A DNA stretch of 63,795 nucleotides, counting the filler, from Octopus bimaculoides (taxonomy: Eukaryota): the NCBI RefSeq assembly GCF_001194135.2. It is 7 parts of 7 records of this genome, joined end to end, with 100 filler letters (N's around TTAATTAATTAA, not from the genome) between each part and the next. Parts side by side here need not be neighbours in the genome. Positions count along the whole stretch, not along the records: positions 1 to 20,157 come from NC_068988.1; 6 more parts are not named here. One strand, written 5' to 3'. The position numbers and the translations under genes are program-made. A model generated the notes under the pieces. It was not told where the DNA came from and searched no databases. It was given only the letters and a program-made list of their open reading frames with translations. The stretch's first letter is position 1, and the number at the start of each line of letters is the position of its first letter. This document shows, in pieces, positions 1 through 13,683 of this stretch.

Positions 1-36
<36 letters not shown>

Positions 37-782
37 TATATACAAGCATATATGGATACATACGTATGTAAATTCATACTGAGAGACTTTAGTCTGTTTA
101 ATTCAATTTTGTATATATGCATTAGCATTCTTTTCTACACTAGGCACAAGTACAGAGAGGTCTAGTCGATTAGATCGACCCCATGACGGAAATGGTACTT
201 AGTTTGTGTGTGTGGGGGATAGTATCTATGTAAGACCGGTTGGATTATTATTTGTAGTGAGTTAAAGATTAGTCGCAATTTAGTATATAATTTAGTTATT
301 GCAGTTTACTATTAATAGCGATACAATGTATATTGGTATATATGTCTCTTTGTGGTAGTTTTCATTAAAGTTAGTCTTTAATCCTGCCTATATATTGATT
401 GAAATAATGTAGTTAAGCTTTTATTTTAAATTACACTATGGAAGACGGTAGGGATTATAATTCTTGTATGACTTAATAGAATTGTCGCAGTATAGTTTTT
501 AGGAGTGGTTGTAATTTACTTGTTGAATATATTTATCGATACGGTTGTACATCGGGTAAATGTGTTTGAAAATTGTGGTTTCTTTGGTTTGTTTGTTCCC
601 AAACAACGTTTATTTTAGTGCTGTTGACACCGCCGGATTGAATGGTACTGCCCAGATGTCAAAACCATAATGATATCCGTGGGGCAGCTGATGATGGGAT
701 TATGTGGGATTGTTGGTACAGCTGTAGAAGAATAGTATTGAAACACATCCTTTTGATATATATATATGTATATATATATATG

Positions 783-814
<32 letters not shown>

Positions 815-981
815 TACACATATATATACAACGAATAAGTCCCGGGGTCGATTTGCTATATATATAATCTTTTACATATGTCAATCGTGTGACTGCGGTG
901 GCCATGCTCGAACAACGCCTTTCTTCGAGCAAATCGACCCCGGGACTTATTCTTTGTATATATATGTGTATACATACACAC

Positions 982-1036
<55 letters not shown>

Positions 1037-1256
1037 AATCTTTTGAATGTAGATATAGATAAATAGATATATATGTATATAATTATGTATACATACATAT
1101 ACATTTTTATATTTTATATGTATGTCTATATATATTGTGTGTGCGTGTGTGTACGTATATAGAGGTATGTATATGTGTGTGTGTTTGTGTATATTTTTTA
1201 TATGGGTGTGTTTGTATTCGTGTGTGTGTTTCTGCGTATGATATTGTGTGTATTGG

Positions 1257-1307
<51 letters not shown>

Positions 1308-3103
1308 CTTGTTCTTTTGTCATTTATTAATTGACGTTACTCTATCTGTTCACATTATTCAGCTGATGCTTGACTCTAAACCTCAATTATATTGATTCTA
1401 CCAACTTAATATTAATATTCGCATTGGTACGCCTAATTGGAATCATATATTTCGGGTCTTGTGCCTAGAGTAGAAAAGAATATATGTTTGTGTGTGTGTG
1501 TGTATGTGTACATATATGCATATAATGTTTTTGCGCGTCTCGATATATGTATAAAATATAAAAGTTCCCACATAGTTCATACTGTCATAAATGTGTAACC
1601 GTCGACCGATGTGTTAGAAATAGCGATGAAATCTCTCTCAAATTACACCTTAGCGTCTCAAAAGAATACACGTTTGATAATATGATCATAGAGCAGATCT
1701 ATCAGGACTAGCCTGATGTAAACAATAACATCAACAACTACGAAAACACAAACAGGAATTTAACAAATTACCATCTGTTTACCGAACAAACACATTTCTA
1801 TTTACTGCAACACTGATGTTTTATACCTTGCTTCCACCACATCCCTATAAGAACATTAATGTTTATTTGTCCATACTAAATATTCGCTATCACTGCGTTC
1901 AAATTAATTTCCCTAGAAATCTTCACCGGTTTTTGATCATTCTGCCATTAATAAATCCAAGCGTATGTATATATGTATACACTCAGAAATAGTATCTTAA
2001 TATAGGATTTATGAATTTTTTAATCACCCATTTGGGGTTGAAATATAACCGTGTTTTGCTGCATATGTTGATGTCCTTCGGGGTTTTTTTAAACTTTTCT
2101 TGTTAGTGTTTTTTTGTTTTTGATCTTTTGATACAGAACTCAGTACATAATGACACCTGCCGTCACCAGCGAAGAAAATAAATATCCAAAATGCCATCGT
2201 TTGACTCAGTAAAGTGTAGGCAAGGCAAAAATGTTTTTAAAATCAATCAATTACAAGATAATACATGTATGAAGTTTTATTAAAATCCCACTAAGTGACG
2301 TATTTATCCGATTATTTTTTACTCACAAGTATCATAGAAATTAAAGCTAAATTTTCATTTGCTTTACAGCAGGCGTATATTGTATCTTCGAAATTAACTT
2401 AAAATATTGTTATGCATTGCTGAAGCACCATATTTGCTGTCGACGTTGTTCATAGACGTTTTCGATCTAGTTTGAATCAAATTTGAATTCTTTGCCTTCA
2501 AATTTGATTGCAAAGAGTTCAGATTTCGTGGCAAAGAATTCTTATATTTGTAGAAAGCAGTAGGTGGGGTCTGTTAGCTTTGACCCTTACCCCATCCCTT
2601 AGTTTATCCTCTAATTCGTCGTTAACTGTTATGGATTTTCCACCTGTGAAAACACACTTCACCTCATATGGGCAGTAGCAATATCGCATATAATAGTAAT
2701 TTCACTTGGTGTGAAACAAGTTTGATTCTAATTGCTTCATCAAAATCAAAATACGCCGTGATTAAACTAACTAAAATGTAGCCGAGATTTCAACACTTAA
2801 ACCGTTTTCCTCTGATATTAAATGTTTCGATGTTAAAAATATAATAACCAGATTAATAAGTAAATGCGCTTCATATATAAACACTTTATAGTTTGTATTT
2901 TAATAAAACATAACCCATTATGTCTTCCTCTATTAATTTCTCAGTTATACTCTATGTACAATATGTGAATAAACAGAGTACTATAGTGCTTAGGATGGTA
3001 TTTAACAGATATTGAATGATTAAATATTAACCATATTTAAATGTTAATCTTTGATCAAGTATTCATTTCTCTTTCTAAAACTGTATATACATATATTTAC
3101 GTG

Positions 3104-3137
<34 letters not shown>

Positions 3138-3263
3138 NNNNNNNNNNNNNNNNNNNNNNNNNNNNNNNNNNNNNNATATTCAGTTATATATAGATATATC
3201 AATGCAATAGACAGACATTCTGCTTTTGAGACACATCAGATTAATATAAATATTTATGTATGC

Positions 3264-3306
<43 letters not shown>

Positions 3307-3885
3307 CGCGCACGTGTGTGTGTTTGTGCATTTGTGAGTATATGTTTGTTTGTCTTTTTCGTTTGTATGTGTATGTATGTAATTAAATCGGTGCTCACGT
3401 ATAGAATATTCTTAGGAAAGTCACAGGTAATTCTTCAATTCAAATTAAAAGCGTAATGAAAAGAGAAACAATTATTTCTAATGACAATTAGCATCAGAAG
3501 TATAAATGAGAGACTTGCAATGCGAATTCTTTGAAAGTTGAATGTGGATATAGAGTGGGCATTGATTCTGATGGAAAGCACAATACCAAATCCAAACATG
3601 TTTCTGTCTTTCTAAACCTCCTCGGTGAAGTTATGAGCCAGAAAAACACACTTCGCTGATTGAGAAAATTAGAATAATTAAATATACGAACTTCCCAATC
3701 ATGCCTGTAGTGTCGGAAACATGCAGAGAGATAGGGAGAAATATACAGGATAGATGGAAAGTAACGAGGCATTAGAAATTGCTTATAGAATTTTTAATAT
3801 TACTGAAGTTATGACGAAAACATTTTTTAAACAGACAACACTAATGGAGATTTTTTTTCTCGTTCTCTTATTTCATGTTTTCCAG

Positions 3886-4480
3886 ATGGCCGGTTACTTG
3901 ACAGTCTAGGAGAGAGCTGAGATAGCAACACGCTATGAAATGTGGAATTCCATTCTTTTGTTTCAGAGATGGTAGTGTGAATGGGAAGTTAAGCATGTAA
4001 CACTACGTCCGGAGACAATAACAAGTTGTCATGCAAAGCTGATGACCACGATCTCAGTGAACAGTACAAAAGAGAAGTGGCCGTCCAATCACATCCTGAT
4101 CAGTGGTAATCGTGGCAACAGTGCAGGAGATTTTTAATAGCAGACCGCAAAAATCAAAGGGGTCAAGCAGCCCGCGAAAGTGGACTAACAAGACATACAA
4201 TATTTACAGTGTTGCATAAAGTATTGAATATTCGTCTGTAGAAAACCAAATTACGCACAGGAGCTAAAACCTGAAGACTGTGATGCAGAATTTCAGAAGT
4301 CCAGGTCTCACTCTAAGTGATTTTTACCTATGAGTTTGCAAAAAGAGACGTACGTGACAAAACCTAGCACACTGGAAGATTGGAGACACGCATTCAGGAG
4401 GTTCTCAATGGTATCTCAGACGAAATCCTTCAGAAGGTTGTTCATTCCATCCCTGGCCGTATGGGGAAACTGAATTACGG
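3886..4480 (+). mobile_element. Degenerate, internally deleted Tc1/mariner-superfamily transposase
   Basis: N-terminal MAGYLTV*ERAEIATRYEMWNSILLFQRW* and, across frameshifts, RSPGLTLSDFYL*...YVTKPSTLED/LETRIQEVLNGISDEILQKVVHSIPGR, matching the SPDLTPxDFxLWG...KPxTL transposase C-terminus. Confidence 0.65.
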
Positions 4481-4559
4481 ATAAATATGGATAAGTACAG
4501 TTTTTACTTTGCTAAAGATTTTCTACTATTTGAAAATAATATGTATTGTTTTTTATATT

Positions 4560-5470
4560 ATTCATTTGGTTCTTTATAGATTATTTTTAATAGATAACTT
4601 ATTTAACACTAAATTATTTATAAGTTATAGTTTCATTTCTACATAATATTACAACTTCGATTTGAATAGTGTTGTTATATTTTCGATTATTTATGATTGA
4701 TAATATTTGATTAATAATTAGTCTTTATTGTTTATAATATCGTTAAAGGTTTTTTTTATTAAAACTTTGTATATATATATATAAAGTTTAATCTTTTATT
4801 CTTAATAATTTTTTTCTTTCCTAATTTTTTCATTCATATTTTTATTCTTACGTTTGTAGAAATAAATATTCTTGTATTTTTCTCTTATTCAATTGATTTT
4901 TAATGATAATTAAATAAACGTTTTTAGCTTTAAATAGTATAGCTCTAACTATTACACCGGTTAAATATGTACTAATTTTATCTTCATTATTATTTTAAAC
5001 TTAAACGTCGTTCAAATTGTATTTAAAACAAATATAATTTATGTAAGCTGTTTTTTTTAATATAATATACATGTTATTATAATGGAGGAAGGGAGGATTA
5101 TTGAATGGTTATTATTTTGATATTTTTAATAATTTTTCTATCTTTATAAAATAAGTATTTCATATTAATTCATTTGGTACTTATTGTTGGTTGAGATATA
5201 TATATCTAATTATTGTTCTACTTACGATCTGACGATTAGCTATATTTTTGAATAGAATTTAATTTTCGATAATTTCAATTGATTTTAATCGATTTAAATT
5301 CCCTTTCTATTTGAAAATTGGTTATGAAACACGTGTAATCATTTTATTATATTTATCTTATGATATTTACTTTGCTTTATGTTATACTCATTTATTGTGC
5401 TTTTAATTGTTAATTTTTCTATATGTGATAGTGGATTTTCATCGATGAGTTCTTGAAACTTGGTTATTTT
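4560..5470 (-). pseudogene. Very decayed, AT-rich, possibly Penelope-like RT remnant
   Basis: Scattered peptides in RT order: [25 protein letters not shown] (compare RPIVS), KYNNTIQIEVV (compare YxQxxGxxMG). Many stops. Confidence 0.3.
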
Positions 5471-5584
5471 CCCTAAAACTATATATATGTATATATGAAT
5501 ATATGTGCATATATATGTATATATATCTATATATATATATGTATGTATGTATGTATACATATATATATATGTATGTATATATGC

Positions 5585-5644
<60 letters not shown>

Positions 5645-5657
5645 NNNNNNNNNNGTG

Positions 5658-5714
<57 letters not shown>

Positions 5715-5961
5715 GTGTGTGTGTGTGTATGTGTGTGCGGGTACGTATATTTATGTGCGTGTATATGTCTGCGTATGCTTTTCGTCTGTATGATGTTGGT
5801 GTCATTATGTTCCCGTTACATAGTGGTTCAACAAAAGGGAACGATAGAATAAATACTAGGCTTACAAAGAATACATCAGGTGCTCAATTTGATCGAATAA
5901 AGGAGGTGCTCAGGAATGGCCACAGTCAAATAACTAAAACAAATGAAAGAAAAAAAGAAAG

Positions 5962-6378
5962 GCTTGCTTCCAAACCACATGGTTCTAGGTTCAGCCGCAC
6001 TGCGTGGCACCTTGGACGGCTTACTTCTACTATTGCCTCGGGACGATCAAAACCTTGTCGGTGGATTTGGTAAAAGGAAACTGAAAAAAGCCTGTCGTAT
6101 ATGTGTGTGTGTGTGAGTGTGTGTGTGTGTGTGTGTGCGTGTGTGTGTGTGTGCGTGCGTGTTTCTTTGAGTCTGTGTTTGTCCTCCTATCACCCTTCGA
6201 CAACTGGTGTTGGTGTACCTACGTCCTAGTATCTTAGCGGTTCGGAAAATGTTAACCGATAGTGTAAACTCTAGGCTTGGAAAAAATAATTAATAGGGTC
6301 GATTTGTTCAACTAAAGCCCTTCAATGGGGTGCTCCAGCATGGTCTCAGTCTAATGATTAAAACAAGTAAAAGAATAC
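5962..6378 (+). mobile_element. tRNA-derived SINE, family A (degenerate)
   Basis: Homologous to 13270-13683, with internal (TG)n and an actgaaacaagtaaaaga-type tail. Confidence 0.8.
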
Positions 6379-7606
6379 AGGAATATATATATAATGGATG
6401 TAACTATATTTTATGGGAAACCTTTCCACTGGCAGAGTGCTCTGTTGCTGGAGTGATTTTTTTTTTCTGCGGGGATCTCATTGTTATTTCATATCTTGTT
6501 TCAGATATGATATGTTATGCATTTGGCTAAAAGGTTTATTATGCATATATATATNNNNNNNNNNNNNNNNNNNNNNNNNNNNNNNNNNNNNNNNNNNNNN
6601 NNNNNNNNNNNNNNNNNNNNNNNNNNNNNNNNNNNNNNNNNNNNNNNNNNNNNNNNNNNNNNNNNNNNNNNNNNNNNNNNNNNNNNNNNNNNNNNNNNNN
6701 NNNNNNNNNNNNNNNNNNNNNNNNNNNNNNNNNNNNNNNNNNNNNNNNNNNNNNNNNNNNNNNNNNNNNNNNNNNNNNNNNNNNNNNNNNNNNNNNNNNN
6801 NNNNNNNNNNNNNNNNNNNNNNNNNNNNNNNNNNNNNNNNNNNNNNNNNNNNNNNNNNNNNNNNNNNNNNNNNNNNNNNNNNNNNNNNNNNNNNNNNNNN
6901 NNNNNNNNNNNNNNNNNNNNNNNNNNNNNNNNNNNNNNNNNNNNNNNNNNNNNNNNNNNNNNNNNNNNNNNNNNNNNNNNNNNNNNNNNNNNNNNNNNNN
7001 NNNNNNNNNNNNNNNNNNNNNATATATATATATATATATATATGCACATATGTAGCGTTGAAGGTGGAGGGATAGATAGATACATACATACATACATGCA
7101 TGCATACATACATACATACATAGATGCATACATACATACATACATGCATGCATGCATACATAAATACATATATACATATATGCGTACATACATATAGGTA
7201 TGTTTAATATGCATGGGCATGCATTTATTTCTTTGCTTGTATGTATACGCACACATTTACTCTCTTTCGACCGAATGTCTCTTTCTCTCTCCCACATTCT
7301 CTCTAAGAAGTTATTTGATTGTATTTATTTGAAAATGTAACTCATCCAAAATTTCCTTATATAGAATGGCAATAAGGATAACTCCGCCCTTAATTTCTGT
7401 AAGGCCTCACTCATGTTCTTGAAACAAAGAAAAGACGAAATAAATAAAACTTCGGGATTCGCCTGAAAGATATTGTCAGATAGAAACATCACTGCAATGC
7501 CTCCGAAAATAGACCCCAGCCAAGTAACTATGGACCATACACACACACACTTATACGCATTCAAACGCTCATACACACACACTCTCTCTCTCTCTGTCTC
7601 TCTCTG

Positions 7607-7656
<50 letters not shown>

Positions 7657-7871
7657 GTATGTATGNNNNNNNNNNNNNNNNNNNNNNNNNNNNNNNNNNN
7701 NNNNNNNNNNNNNNNNNNNNNNNNNNNNNNNNNNNNNNNNNNNNNNNNNNNNNNNNNNNNNNNNNNNNNNNNNNNNNTATATATACATACATACATACAC
7801 ACATATATATATATATATATATATAGATATATATATACATACACACGTACATACACATACATGCACACGCA

Positions 7872-8130
7872 TACAGGGTGTTCATAGACTACCTTTACCA
7901 TTTATAAAATTTCTGGGGAAAAATGGAAAATATGTGTAACTAAGCAAATTTTATTGGAAAACATAGGCAAATAGAGTCTTGTTACAAGCCTGAGAACGAT
8001 TCCATGGAGGGTTCATTTGTTGCACGCGACTGATGGGGTCCGCCATTTGTGGTAGTTCTAATGACAATTTATGGACGTCCTGTACACTATTTCATATTAT
8101 TAGTCGGTCGGTCATCCTTTCAGCCGAATG
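7872..8130. mobile_element. Tc1/mariner-type terminal fragment
   Basis: TA|CAGGGTGTTC terminus, also seen at 31753 as TA|CAGGGTGTCC. The right end is not defined. Confidence 0.4.
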
Positions 8131-8793
8131 ACATTTTCACTGAATTCACATGCGACCTGAAAGAGTGAACCACGCAAATATCTATTCTTAAAATATTTGC
8201 GATGAAGATGCACTGCAACGATGTCAAAATGAAGCAATTTCTGCAGAGTCCATCTGACTGTTCATCCCTTCAACAATATTTTGCCCCCAACGCACAACTG
8301 TACACACGAAACTTTGTCAATGACATAGATCCAACATACGACATGATCACTGGATTATGGAGCAAACTTTATATACATATATATATAAGTATTGGTTATG
8401 GCCACTTTAATATGGCTATCCTCGAAGCGACAACGATACTGCCATTTAATCGCAGGGCGACATCTCCTCGAGCGGGGTTATTCACTGCACTTCTCTCACT
8501 CGTTATTTATTACAAGCGGAGATAACTCCTGCCACATTTGCTACAAGACCACCAAACCACGTGGTTTTGAGCTGTACTGGATCTCCTCTGTGGTGGGAAC
8601 TCTTTGCCAGGCAGTGCAGCAGTTTATCTCGCTTGCAGTTTACAGAAAATACAGTGTCATACAATCAGTGATTTTTAATGGCAGTATCGTGGTTTCTTAG
8701 AGGACAGCAACATGAAAGTGGTCATTAGCAACACTATTCGGTTCATATACTGCTTCGATCTCGAACAGAGATTCTCTAACGGACTAGTTTCCT

Positions 8794-8838
<45 letters not shown>

Positions 8839-8959
8839 TGAGTAGATTATATTATGAGTGCATTATATTCTTGGGAGACCACGATTCCTAGCTAGAGGAG
8901 ATGAGAAAAAAGCAAAAGCTGTTCATGTTGATAAATACCCACTTCGGTCAGGAAGGATC

Positions 8960-9230
8960 ATGGGATTGCCCTTTAAAAGTTCCACTCCAAGGCACATGTC
9001 CAGGCAAGGTTGTTTATGGAAGACCAGCAGTCGCCCATGCATACCAAAGTAAAGGCAAAGGCTGATAGAGCTTGGTACCAGTGGTGTGGCAACTCATTTC
9101 TATACCTAAGTGAATTGGAGCAACGTGAAATAAAGTGTCTTGCTCAAGAATACAACAAAGAGCCCTGTCCAGGAATTGAATTCACTACCACATGATTGTG
9201 AACCCGGCACTGTAACTACTTAGCCATAAC
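8960..9230 (-). mobile_element. tRNA-derived SINE, family D
   Basis: Homologous to 38525-38840 (gcaaggttgtttatggaagaccagc...gagcaacgtgaaataaagtgtcttgctcaagaa). Confidence 0.8.
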
Positions 9231-9602
9231 GCAGCGAAAACTGCCTAGAACTTTGGTACCTTTGTCATCCGAGGTTGGATGAATTAAAAGACAGTTTAGG
9301 AAGCTACCAACGCGAAAGTCGAACATTGATATATGGAAAGGACTATATATGGAAATACGGCGTAATATACGAAGTACTGTGACTGTGTCTACACTTTGGC
9401 TATGAAGATGCAAATATCCACTCACTGAAACATTCATTTATATATTCACAAGCGTTGGGGATATGTGAGATATAGTTATTTAAAGCAGTTTGCGTTCATT
9501 ATGTAACCATCGCGTCGTTACGTAACACAGTGAGACAATCAGGTGCGCTAGTGCCCGCCCTGGCGATTTGGCACGGATGATTGCATTTTGGCACTGGAAT
9601 AA

Positions 9603-9649
<47 letters not shown>

Positions 9650-11810
9650 AGTCAATCATTCTCTCTCTTTTTCTATCAGACACAGACACTAACACACACG
9701 CACACGCACACTTACATAAATACATTAAGTTGGATAGTTAGCTAGATCGATAGACAGACAAACAGACACGCACGCAGACAGAAGCATACAGACAGACAGA
9801 CAGACAGACACACACACAAACTGACAGTAGTTGTGATTTCAAGTCAGTTTTGAACTGGAATGAAAATATTTTCTCGATGACCCGAGAAGAAAGTGTTTAA
9901 AGTAAAACAAGTTCGAATTGAATCGCCCACGCCTAATGGGCACATCCAAAACAGTTGTGCGAAAATGCGTCATACTCGTGGAGTGGGTGTAAATAAACTT
10001 GGCAATAGAGTGAATAGATGTGGGCACAACAATACTAATGCGTTAAGCCAGTGTTTCTTATAGGTAAAGGACTTGTCAGGATTTAAAAGAGAGTGAACAA
10101 ATTGCCGTGTTTAATAAAATTAAAATGGTTTATTCACAGGCATTATTTCCAGAAGTTATTAGAATCCAGAAAGAAGAATTACAGGATACAAGCACTATTT
10201 TATTCACTATAGCAAGTCACTGTCATTGATAGCAAATTATACATCATACCTAAATCACATAGACGCCTAATTAACTGCAACATTCGTCTTGAGACGTGTG
10301 TGAGTGTCTTATAGACATGCAATCCGCCGAAGCTGGAAGCTTTTTGTCTCCTACTCATGTATTTTTGTTTTTTAACACTTTACGTCTATATGAGATACTA
10401 TCTTACGAGGAAAGTGCAGTCGATTAGGCTTTCAATGATGTATTTGCTTTAAGTACGGCACACAGATTGTAATTTTCAATTGATATTGCTTCAGTCGCAC
10501 GTAATTAACTTTCATCAAGACTTTTTCAATGTGGAACGAGGAGGGGTATTTGTCACCTTCAGAACTGCTGCTTTCAGCCATTTGCTGAAGCTGGGGAAGA
10601 TTTAGTGTCAGCAGGAGATTTATTAACTGTAAGAAAAACATCGGTAATCACACTCTGTTGTTACTACTTAGTTTCTGATTAAATATGATGATCGAGCAGT
10701 CATATGATACAGTAACACTGATATCTGTCATGAAGCCTTGGATTCTAAACATTGGAGTTTAACCCAGTGTCATGGAGAGTAAGTGACTAAGATGACAAAT
10801 CTACAATCTAGATTGGTCACCAGTCAATTGCAGGGTCAGCTACCTAGTTATTGCTGGAACCCATTCACAGCTGAGTAGACTGCAGCAAGACACACTGACG
10901 TTTTTTATTCTTGTTATTTTTACCTGAAGAACACAACACATTACCTGTCCTCAGAATCGAAACTACGAAACTTACGATCGTGTGTGCAACACCTTCACTA
11001 CTAGCCTATGTCATTAACTATGAAAGAAAGAAGTTTCCAAACCTTGAAATTGCTGTCCGTTTATGGGTGCATGTCCATTTCCAATTCTCAGACGATAACA
11101 TGTGATATTGAGAAAGATTTGGTTACTATTTCTAGCAGAGTGAGTAGTTACGTCCAAGATCCCACATTGGTTAGTTATTTTTGTGCCTTGACAGTTAATG
11201 CATATGCGTGTGTTAGTATGTGTCTACCAGTCTATTTGTGTATGTATGTTTATATACATATATATTGTATGTATATACGTGTGTGCGTGAGTGTATATAT
11301 ATGTATATATACATATANNNNNNNNNNNNNNNNNNNNNNNNNNNNNNNNNNNNNNNNNNNNNNNNNNNNNNNNNNNNNNNNNNNNNNNNNNNNNNNNNNN
11401 NNNNNNNNNNNNNNNNNNNNNNNNNNNNNNNNNNNNNNNNNNNNNNNNNNNNNNNNNNNNNNNNNNNNNNNNNNNNNNNNNNNNNNNNNNNNNNNNNNNN
11501 NNNNNNNNNNNNNNNNNNNNNNNNNNNNNNNNNNNNNNNNNNNNNNNNNNNNNNNNNNNNNNNNNNNNNNNNNNNNNNNNNNNNNNNNNNNNNNNNNNNN
11601 NNNNNNNNNNNNNNNNNNNNNNNNNNNNNNNNNNNNNNNNNNNNNNNNNNNNNNNNNNNNNNNNNNNNNNNNNNNNNNNNNNNNNNNNNNNNNNNNNNNN
11701 NNNNNNNNNNNNNNNNNNNNNNNNNNNNNNNNNNNNNNNNNNNNNNNNNNNNNNNNNNNNNNNNNNNNNNNNNNNNNNNNNNNNNNNNNNNNNNNNNNNN
11801 NNNNNNNNNN

Positions 11811-11841
<31 letters not shown>

Positions 11842-12178
11842 CATATATGTGTGTACATATAAATGTACGCATATATACATATACATATATATTGTATGTA
11901 TATACGTGTGTGCGTGAGTGTATATATATGTATATATACATATAAATATACATATATGTATATACACATATACATATACATATGTGTATATTTATGTGCG
12001 TGTGTGAGTGTATATATAAATATACACATGCATATATACATAGAAACATGCATTTTTGTGTGCGTGTATCTGAATGAAATATATATACGTGTATGTGTGT
12101 GTATGTGTGTGTGTTGTGTGTGTGTCTATGTATGTACGTATACATATATATATATATACATATGAACATGTATGCATC

Positions 12179-12219
<41 letters not shown>

Positions 12220-12784
12220 ATGCAAACATATACATAATTATAAGATATAAGATATATAGATTTGTGACTCAACCAGTTGACAGCATCTCACACACAGTGT
12301 ATTATTCTAGTTGTTATTGCCATTGTTCTTAACGTTGTATTTCTTGTTACAGTGGTCGCCCCCGTGATTATTGTTGTTGTTGTAACCTTAGTTCAGGCCC
12401 GATCAAGCATATTTATGATCAAAATGTGATTCACCCATCCTATCCTAATCATTCAAGTATACGTTTATACGCTGGATATTACGTACATATGATATATTGC
12501 AGAATGTGATTTATTTCTGTTAAGAAGATAAGGTGTGACTTCGGGAAGATTTGGCTATTGTTTCTAGTTGGTGGCAGCAAGACAACGTAATGAGTTCACC
12601 TTTGGATGGGATCTTCTACAAATATCTTCTTCTCTAGTCCTAGACCGAGCAAACCATCTATTTGGTAGAAGGAAATTGAAAGAAGCCCGTCGAATATGAT
12701 GTGGATGTTTAGTAAGAGGCTTGCTTCACAACCACATGGTTCGGGGCTCAGTCCCACTAAGTGGCACCTTGAGCAAGCGTTTAG

Positions 12785-13206
12785 TGTGAAGCTACCAATT
12801 CACACTAAATGCTGAAGAAAGTTTTGTTGTTGCATGACAATGCACGCCCACACACGGCCGCCCAGACCGATGAAATCATTAACCAATTGGATTATAGGGT
12901 GCTGGAATACCCTGCTTACAGCCCAGATCTCGCCCCTTCCTACTATCATATCTTTGGACTGCTCAGCGATGCTTTACGACATCATCGATTTCCTACGGTT
13001 GAAGATGTAAAGGAAGCGGTGCATAAATGGTTGCACAACCAACCGAAAACCTTCTTCTTGGGGGGAATACGCAAGCTCGTGGGCCGCTGGACCAAGTGCA
13101 TCGAAAAGGAAAGGGACTATATAGAAACATGACATACTTGATTATCTCCTACTTTTATGTAAACACGTTAAAAAATCAAAAATATGATTTTTCACTCAAC
13201 CTCGTA
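12785..13206 (+). mobile_element. Mariner transposase 3' remnant with right terminus
   Basis: ORF 12809-13132 has HDNARPH and YSPDLAPSYY (canonical YSPDLAPSDY; the third catalytic Asp is replaced by Tyr). It ends ...cactcaacctcg|TA. Confidence 0.93.
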
Positions 13207-13269
13207 TATATTTCGGCATTTCAACATTTCCTGGATAATGAATTCAGATTAGCATTAAATCTGATTATA

Positions 13270-13683
13270 GGCGCAGGAGTGGCTGTGTGGTAAGAAGCTT
13301 GCTTACGAACCACATGGTTCCGGATTCAGTGCCACTGCATGGCATCTTTGGCAAGTGTCTTCTGCTATAGCCTCGGGCCGACCAAAGCCTTGTGAGTGGA
13401 TTTGGTAGACGGAAACTGAAAGAAGCCCGTCGTATGCATGTATATATGTATATGCGTGTGTATGTTTGTGTGTTTGTGTTTGTTTTCCGCAACATCGCTT
13501 GACAACCGATGCTGGTGTGTTTAAGTCCTCGTAACTTATTGGTTCGTCATAAGAGACCGATACAATAAGTACTTGGCTTACAAAGAATAAGTCCTGGGGT
13601 CGATTTGTTCGACTAAAGGCGGTGCTCCAGCATGGCCACAGTCAAATGACTGAAACAAGTAAAAGAGTAAAGAGTAAAGAGTA
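13270..13683 (+). mobile_element. tRNA-derived SINE, family A, full length
   Basis: A-box-like tggctgtgtggtaag, B-box-like ggattcagtgcc, internal TA/TG microsatellite and (aagagt)n tail. There are many homologues in the window. Confidence 0.9.

Noticed and set aside
831-957. Short hairpin aataagtcccggggtcgatttgct / agcaaatcgaccccgggacttatt
   Set aside because: Two SINE A tail fragments in opposite orientation.
7365-7398. 34-nt AG...GT micro-exon candidate (NGNKDNSALNF)
   Set aside because: No recognisable protein and no partner exons; such splice-like pairs arise by chance.
7497-7535. MPPKIDPSQVTM resembling the RPL12 N-terminus
   Set aside because: Only about 7 residues match, it runs straight into (CA)n, and there is no continuation.
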